Source: an uncultured Lachnospiraceae bacterium (GTDB taxonomy: Bacteria; Bacillota; Clostridia; Lachnospirales; Lachnospiraceae). Taken from it: a stretch of 21,859 nt of DNA. How positions within the stretch are numbered: the stretch's first letter is position 1; each line of letters opens with the position of its first letter. The translations under genes and the position numbers were made by a program. Below, piece after piece: positions 16,433-21,859 of the stretch. The DNA is taken from assembly GCA_964572475.1 (NCBI GenBank), contig CAZNEZ010000027.1, positions 7,309 through 29,167 on the forward strand, given 5' to 3'. The notes beneath the pieces are model-generated. The model made no database searches. It was given only the letters and a program-made list of their open reading frames with translations, and was not told the DNA's origin.

Positions 16433-18820
16433 CTACTTTCTTACAAGTGTCCCTTTAGTGTCTCTTTTTGCTGTTTTAAGTTTTCTAAGTTCTATTATTT
16501 TACCATTAGCTTCTACTTCCATATTATCACCTGCATCTAAAAGATAACATTTAATAACCTTATCCGTATCTACAAGCTTAATTCCTCTAACTCCAACTGC
16601 CCCCTTTTTCTTCTCTGGGATCTCGCTTAATGGGAATCTAAGGAATACTCCTCTTTCAGTCTGAAGTACGACAATAGAAGGCTGTGTTGAAGAATCTTCA
16701 AAGAATCCCTCATTAAACCCTTCTCCAAAGTCATCGTTATAGGAAACATCAGCTTCCATATCAAATCCACCCTCTGAGCCTCCTGAAAGCATTACTGTTT
16801 CAATTTGCTCTGGAACGGAAGCTGTAGTTCCTGTTATCTGAATAGAAATAACACTATCTCCATCAGCAAGCTTAGTAGCAGCAACTGTACGTCTACTTAC
16901 ATCAAACTCACCGCCATCTACAAGTTTCATCATACCACTAGCTGTGGTGAACAATATCTTTTTATCAATCAATCTGTTTGCTTCACATATAAATACTATA
17001 TTCTCTCCGCTACTATCATAATTGCCTAGATTATCAATAGGTGTACCTTTATCCCTAAACTTCTTAAATGGTATATCAAGTACTTTTACCTGATGCAGAT
17101 TACCATTATCTGTAAAAATGCATATCTTATCTGTATTCATACAAGGGAAAAAGTGCTTGTTTTCTGCCTCGACAGCTTCTCTATTTCTATCGTAAGAAGA
17201 CGATTCTATTGTCTTAGCATATCCAAATCTATCCATAACAAAGACAACTTCCTGCTCTTCAATCTTATTCTCTTCATATACGGCAACAGTTCCATTCTCA
17301 ATAACAGTTTTTCTAGGACTCTGGTATTCTTTTCTGATAGAATCAAGTTCTTTCATAATAACCTTAGCCATAGCCTTTCTATTACCAAGAATCTCTTCAT
17401 ACTCAGCTATTCTATTAACAATATCTGAATACTCCTTTTCTAATGCCATTATTTCTAAGCCTATTAATCTATATAATCTAAGCTCCAGAATGGCCTGAGC
17501 CTGCCTCTCTGTAAAGCAAAGCTGTGATGCATATAGTTTTGACTCTTTGTTCTTAAATGTAATCTTATCAGTGTTACCATTAATAAGACAGTCTTTAGCG
17601 TCCTTAAGACTCTTAGCACCTCTTAAGATTTCTATTATAAGGTCTATAATATTACATGCCTTTATCAGTCCTTCTTTGATTTCTTTTTGTTCAAGGTCTT
17701 TTTTCAGCAGAGTACTATATTTTCTTGTAGCCAGTTCAAATTGAAATGCAACATTATGTTCAATAATCTTTTTAAGTCCTAATGTTTCAGGCTTCCCATC
17801 AACAATAGCTAACATATTTACGCCAAATGTATCCTCAAGCTTAGTCTTTTTATATAACATATTCTTAAGTTTTTCTACATCAGCACTCTTCCTAAGTTCA
17901 AGAACAATTCTAATACCTTCTTTGGAAGATTCATTGGAAATATCAATAATATCGTTAGTTTTTTTAGTTTCTGCAAGTTCACATATATCTGAAATGAATT
18001 TTCCGATATTAGCACCAATCATAGTATATGGAATCTCTGAAATAACAAGCTTGTCCTTATCCGTCTTAGTTTTTCCAGGCTCAAAGTCAACTTTACCCCT
18101 AAGTTTGATTTTACCTGTTCCTGATTCATAAATATCCAGAAGTTCATCTTTATTTACAACAAGACCACCTGTAGGAAAATCAGGTCCCTGAACAAATTCC
18201 ATTAATTCCTGGGTAGTAATATCATTATCCTTCATATATGCAATAATAGCATTTATTACTTCGCCAAGGTTATGTGGTGGAACACTCGTTGTCATACCAA
18301 CTGCAATACCTTCTGCTCCATTAATAAGAATATTAGGAACTTTTACAGGTAATACCTCTGGTTCCTTTTCAGTCTCATCAAAGTTAGGTATAAAATCTAC
18401 TACATCTTTATCAAGATCAGCTAAGTAACATTCTTCAGTAAATTTCATGAGCTTAGCTTCTGTATAACGCATAGCAGCAGCTCCATCACCCTCTATTGAG
18501 CCGAAATTACCATGTCCATCGACTAGTGGCATCTCTTTTTTAAAATCCTGAGACATTACAACAAGTGCATCATATATTGAACTATCTCCATGTGGGTGAA
18601 ACTTACCCATGGTATCACCAACAATACGCGCTGACTTACGATGAGGCTTATTGTGATCTAATCCGAGCTGCTCCATAGCATACAGTACACGCCTTTGAAC
18701 AGGCTTTAAGCCATCTCTGATATCTGGAAGTGCCCTTGCACAGATAACACTCATTGCATAATCAATATATGATTTCTGCATTACTTCTGAATATTCAGTT
18801 CTTACTATTTTTTCTGACAT
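16433..18820 (-). CDS. parC: Type IIA topoisomerase subunit A, ParC (topo IV)-like
   Basis: Motifs ALPDIRDGLKPVQRRVLY, KFHPHGD, GNFGS and AAMRYTEA (catalytic Tyr). The C-terminal beta-pinwheel has no GyrA box (no Q-R/K-R-G-G-R/K-G). It is paired with a subunit B gene 18 nt upstream. Confidence 0.8.
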   Translation of the reverse strand: MSEKIVRTEYSEVMQKSYIDYAMSVICARALPDIRDGLKPVQRRVLYAMEQLGLDHNKPHRKSARIVGDTMGKFHPHGDSSIYDALVVMSQDFKKEMPLVDGHGNFGSIEGDGAAAMRYTEAKLMKFTEECYLADLDKDVVDFIPNFDETEKEPEVLPVKVPNILINGAEGIAVGMTTSVPPHNLGEVINAIIAYMKDNDITTQELMEFVQGPDFPTGGLVVNKDELLDIYESGTGKIKLRGKVDFEPGKTKTDKDKLVISEIPYTMIGANIGKFISDICELAETKKTNDIIDISNESSKEGIRIVLELRKSADVEKLKNMLYKKTKLEDTFGVNMLAIVDGKPETLGLKKIIEHNVAFQFELATRKYSTLLKKDLEQKEIKEGLIKACNIIDLIIEILRGAKSLKDAKDCLINGNTDKITFKNKESKLYASQLCFTERQAQAILELRLYRLIGLEIMALEKEYSDIVNRIAEYEEILGNRKAMAKVIMKELDSIRKEYQSPRKTVIENGTVAVYEENKIEEQEVVFVMDRFGYAKTIESSSYDRNREAVEAENKHFFPCMNTDKICIFTDNGNLHQVKVLDIPFKKFRDKGTPIDNLGNYDSSGENIVFICEANRLIDKKILFTTASGMMKLVDGGEFDVSRRTVAATKLADGDSVISIQITGTTASVPEQIETVMLSGGSEGGFDMEADVSYNDDFGEGFNEGFFEDSSTQPSIVVLQTERGVFLRFPLSEIPEKKKGAVGVRGIKLVDTDKVIKCYLLDAGDNMEVEANGKIIELRKLKTAKRDTKGTLVRK

Positions 18821-18838
18821 TCTCTATGCACTCCTTCC

Positions 18839-20761
18839 TTAAACATCTAATTCTGCATCATGTGCATGTTCATGTATAAATTCTCTTCTTGGTCCTACTT
18901 CATTGCCCATAAGCATTCCTGTTACTTCTGATGCCATAAGTGCATCTTCTATCTCTACTAGTTTAAGCATTCTGGTATCTGGATTAAGTGTTGTTTCCCA
19001 TAATTGATCTGCGTCCATTTCTCCAAGACCTTTATATCTTTGTAATGTAAATGAAGAGCCTGCATGGTCTTTACGATATCTTTCAAGTGCCTTGTCATCA
19101 TATAGATATTCGCCCTCACCTTTCTTAGGAACTGCCTTGTATAGTGGGGGCATTGCAAGATAAACATGTCCCTGATGTATAAGGTCTGGCATAAATCTAT
19201 AAAAAAATGTCAATAGTAATGTAGCAATATGAGCTCCATCGACATCAGCATCTGTCATTATTATTATCTTATTATATCTTAACTTTGAAATATCAAAATC
19301 ATTACCATATCCCTCTGAAAATCCACAGTTAAATGAGTTAATCATAGTTTTTATTTCTGCGTTAGCCAGAACTTTATCAATAGTAGCCTTTTCAACATTA
19401 AGTATCTTACCTCTAATCGGAAGAATCGCCTGTGTACTTCTATTTCTGGCCTGTTTAGCTGAACCTCCAGCAGAATCTCCCTCTACAATAAACACTTCAC
19501 ATTCATCTGCATTTCTACTTTCGCAGTTTGCTAATTTACCATTGCTATCTATAGAAAATTTAGGTTTGGCAAGCAGATTCGTCTTAGCCTTTTCTTCTGC
19601 TTTTCTAATCTTAGCAGACTTCTCAGCACAGCTTATTACTTTCTTTAAAGTTTCAAGATTCTTGTCAAAATATAACTGTAATTCTTCACCTGTAACTTCT
19701 GCCGCCACTTTACCAGCATCTGGATTATCAAGTTTAGTCTTTGTCTGACCTTCAAATCTTGGTTCTGGGTGCTTAATTGCTATAACCGCAGTCATTCCAT
19801 TTCTTACATCAAGTCCTGTAAAGTTAGTATCCTTTTCCTTAAGCAAGCCTATCTCTCTGGCATACTGATTAATAACTGTTGTAAATTTAGTCTTAAAACC
19901 TGTAATATGCGTTCCACCCTCTTGCGTGTATATGTTATTACAAAATCCTAGTATATTTTCCTGAAACTCATCTACAAACTGAAATGCTGCCTCAATCTCT
20001 ATTCCATCAACACTTCTCTTATAATATATAACATCATGAACAGCTTCTTTGCCTGAATTAAGGTCTAAAACATATGATTTGATTCCATTTTCTTCATGAA
20101 AAACCACAATCTCTTCTTCAGCAAATCTCTTATTCTCAAATGTAATTGTAAGTTCAGGATTAAGGTATGATGTCTCATGAAGCCTGCTTTTAATTGAATC
20201 TGCCTTAAAATAAGTCTTCTCAAATATCTCACTATCTGGTAAAAATCTTACAGTTGTACCATTATCACTTTTTCTGCATGTTCCAACTTCCTTAAGAGGA
20301 TACATTACCTTTCCTCTCTCATATCGTTGATTATACACCTTACCATCTATTCTGATATTAACTTCCAACCATTCTGACAATGCATTTACAACTGATGCTC
20401 CAACACCATGAAGTCCACCAGATATCTTATATCCACCGTCTCCAAATTTTCCACCTGCGTGAAGAATAGTAAAGACTACCTCAACTGCTGGAATTCCAGC
20501 TTTTTCATTGATACCAACTGGAATTCCTCGGCCATTGTCCTTAATTGTAGCTGTTCCATCTTTCTCAAGTGTAACTGTAATATTATTACAATATCCGGCC
20601 AGATGTTCATCAACAGAGTTATCAACTATTTCATATATCAAATGGTTTAATCCTTTAGTTGACACACTTCCGATATACATTCCAGGTCTTTTTCTAACAG
20701 CTTCTAACCCTTCTAGAATTGAGATACTGTTCGCATCATACTTTTTATTAACTGCTGACAT
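18839..20761 (-). CDS. parE: Type IIA topoisomerase subunit B, ParE (topo IV)-like
   Basis: Motifs LEGLEAVRKRPGMYIGS, GHKL ATPase motifs (EIVDNSVDE, GGLHGVG), Toprim EGDSAGGSAKQ, PIRGKILNVEKA and DADVDGAHI. An AAGGAG RBS lies inside the upstream gene. It is called ParE rather than GyrB only because of its ParC-like partner and the absence of dnaA/recF context. Confidence 0.75.
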   Translation of the reverse strand: MSAVNKKYDANSISILEGLEAVRKRPGMYIGSVSTKGLNHLIYEIVDNSVDEHLAGYCNNITVTLEKDGTATIKDNGRGIPVGINEKAGIPAVEVVFTILHAGGKFGDGGYKISGGLHGVGASVVNALSEWLEVNIRIDGKVYNQRYERGKVMYPLKEVGTCRKSDNGTTVRFLPDSEIFEKTYFKADSIKSRLHETSYLNPELTITFENKRFAEEEIVVFHEENGIKSYVLDLNSGKEAVHDVIYYKRSVDGIEIEAAFQFVDEFQENILGFCNNIYTQEGGTHITGFKTKFTTVINQYAREIGLLKEKDTNFTGLDVRNGMTAVIAIKHPEPRFEGQTKTKLDNPDAGKVAAEVTGEELQLYFDKNLETLKKVISCAEKSAKIRKAEEKAKTNLLAKPKFSIDSNGKLANCESRNADECEVFIVEGDSAGGSAKQARNRSTQAILPIRGKILNVEKATIDKVLANAEIKTMINSFNCGFSEGYGNDFDISKLRYNKIIIMTDADVDGAHIATLLLTFFYRFMPDLIHQGHVYLAMPPLYKAVPKKGEGEYLYDDKALERYRKDHAGSSFTLQRYKGLGEMDADQLWETTLNPDTRMLKLVEIEDALMASEVTGMLMGNEVGPRREFIHEHAHDAELDV

Positions 20762-20763
20762 CT

Positions 20764-21423
20764 CTATAAGCTCCTTTTAAAATGTTTTCTAAGTAATTCT
20801 TCATTATTCTCTAAATGTGCGTAATCATTTATTCTTTCAACTGTGAATCTTCGTGATGATTCATAGTAATTTATCTGTGTAATACTACAATTCTCCAAGT
20901 CCTTTGCAAACATTAGATTTTTCGCCATATCTATCCCTAATATTCCTGCCAGGCTTGCCCTGATAAGACCTCCATGAGTAACTATTGCAACATTATTGTA
21001 CTCTGACTTAATTATATCATCTATGGCATTTTTTGCTCGAAGATATACCATATCTCCATTTTCACCCTGTATTCCATCTTTTCCTGCTGGAAATGCAACA
21101 TCACTCGTTGCTGCTTCCCTTTCTTTTACAAACTCACCATATTGTTCTATAATCTCAACACCTGATAAACCTGTAAGTCCTCCAAAATCAATCTCTTTTA
21201 GTCTTTCATCTATAGTGTGGCTCACTTTTAGCTGTCTATTAATAATCTCTGCTGTTTCCACTGCCCTAATAAGATTGCTTGAATATAGTGCATCTATATC
21301 ATATTTCTTTAATCTGTCAGCCGTTAACTCTGCCTGAATTATTCCCTCCTTGCAAAGTGGAACGTCCACATTGCAAAGATCACTATTCTGTCTTCCGTGC
21401 CTTATAAGATATATCTTCATCAT
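20764..21423 (-). CDS. Histidine phosphatase superfamily protein (phosphoglycerate mutase / CobC-like branch)
   Basis: RHG motif at the N-terminus (MMKIYLIRHGRQ), plus RAVETA, EIDFG and the second catalytic His in VTHGG. The stop is 2 nt before the parE ATG. A GGAGA RBS lies upstream of the ATG pair at 21423/21420. Confidence 0.85.
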   Translation of the reverse strand: MMKIYLIRHGRQNSDLCNVDVPLCKEGIIQAELTADRLKKYDIDALYSSNLIRAVETAEIINRQLKVSHTIDERLKEIDFGGLTGLSGVEIIEQYGEFVKEREAATSDVAFPAGKDGIQGENGDMVYLRAKNAIDDIIKSEYNNVAIVTHGGLIRASLAGILGIDMAKNLMFAKDLENCSITQINYYESSRRFTVERINDYAHLENNEELLRKHFKRSL

Positions 21424-21859
21424 CTGTCTCCATCATAGTGTTATCATTAAGATACTGTATCATTCCAGGTCCAAGCTTTTCAGTCGGCCTCTCTATAAAT
21501 CCAAACTTCTTGTAAAATGGCTCTCTTCCCTTAGCGCACATTAAACATAACATCATCTCTGAATTATCCATTCGGATTTCTTCTACATGTTCTATAATTC
21601 TTTGTAATACTTGTCTGCCAACTCCCTGTGTCTGCACATCAGGTCTTACCACCAAGTCCTGAACATAACATATAATAGCACCGTCACCAACAAGTCGCCC
21701 CATTCCAACTGCTTTTTCATCCAAATATGCAACAACCGTATATAAACTGTTCTTTAATGCAAGTTCAGCCTGTTCCCTCTTCAAGACCTTCCAATTAACA
21801 GAAGCCCTGAGATTCAAATATGTATCAACATCTAATTCATTAATTCTTATATCGAGCAT
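21383..21859 (-). CDS. GNAT-family N-acetyltransferase
   Basis: 158 aa with the acetyl-CoA binding motif VRPDVQTQGVGRQVLQRI (Q/R-x-x-G-x-G/A) and a C-terminal YKKFGF. The ATG falls exactly at the window end. The 3-prime end overlaps the phosphatase gene by 41 nt out of frame. Confidence 0.85.
   Translation of the reverse strand: MLDIRINELDVDTYLNLRASVNWKVLKREQAELALKNSLYTVVAYLDEKAVGMGRLVGDGAIICYVQDLVVRPDVQTQGVGRQVLQRIIEHVEEIRMDNSEMMLCLMCAKGREPFYKKFGFIERPTEKLGPGMIQYLNDNTMMETDDEDISYKARKTE

Noticed and set aside
16433-20761. Calling the pair gyrB-gyrA (DNA gyrase)
   Set aside because: The subunit A C-terminal domain lacks a GyrA box, and there is no dnaA/dnaN/recF neighbourhood. Subunit B alone cannot be discriminated by eye, so the ParE/ParC call carries reduced confidence rather than certainty.
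673-21544. All remaining 60-113 aa ORFs in the track, for example 673-861, 1940-2164, 3120-3344, 6980-7246, 9801-10052, 14855-15106, 17093-17428, 19542-19748, 20996-21337 and 21350-21544
   Set aside because: Each lies entirely inside, or antisense to, a long ORF with clear family motifs. Their translations are low-complexity (rich in Leu, Ile, Ser and Phe), as expected for the off-frames of AT-rich genes. None has an RBS or any recognisable motif.
21383-21859. GNAT as the toxin of a GNAT-RHH type II toxin-antitoxin pair
   Set aside because: No small DNA-binding antitoxin ORF is adjacent within the window. The downstream partner is a 219-aa phosphatase and the context is housekeeping. The upstream side is off-window, so this cannot be fully excluded.

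Overview
This is an AT-rich chromosomal segment, roughly one-third GC by eye. It looks like a low-GC Firmicute of the Clostridia/Lachnospiraceae type; that is inferred from protein families and codon style and is not verified.

The window is almost fully coding, with 17 protein genes. I found no rRNA or tRNA genes, no CRISPR array, no transposase, integrase or phage genes, and no recognisable defence system.

Layout:
- Left: a partial TraX-like membrane protein and a GlgX-like GH13 gene (minus strand). These are divergent from an ABC-F ATPase plus PHP phosphoesterase pair (plus strand).
- The PHP gene converges on, and overlaps by 21 nt, a DUF815-type AAA ATPase gene that follows pheA (minus strand).
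- Middle and right: a folB-folK fusion (plus strand) converges on a 13.6-kb, ten-gene, same-strand array (minus strand). Its order is GNAT, histidine phosphatase, parE, parC, GH51/GH43 fusion glycosidase, beta-propeller lactonase, folC, folE, folP, DUF5050-like membrane protein.

I do not see a clear-cut novel multi-gene system; this is mainly housekeeping DNA. The most unusual things I can support are:
1. A GlgX homologue whose catalytic-signature residues are all replaced in an otherwise intact ORF.
2. An ABC-F protein whose second composite ATP site is degenerate on both contributing motifs.
3. Two non-folate genes (a lactonase-fold propeller and a DUF5050-like protein) embedded in a tightly packed folate operon that lacks a recognisable dihydroneopterin-triphosphate pyrophosphatase.
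4. Topo IV-type genes packed between a GNAT/phosphatase pair and a giant cytoplasmic glycosidase.
5. A ParC-type subunit with an all-acidic insertion in its C-terminal domain.
6. Several short repeat and palindrome motifs in the few intergenic regions.

All functional calls come from motif recognition by eye. No database search or computation was possible.
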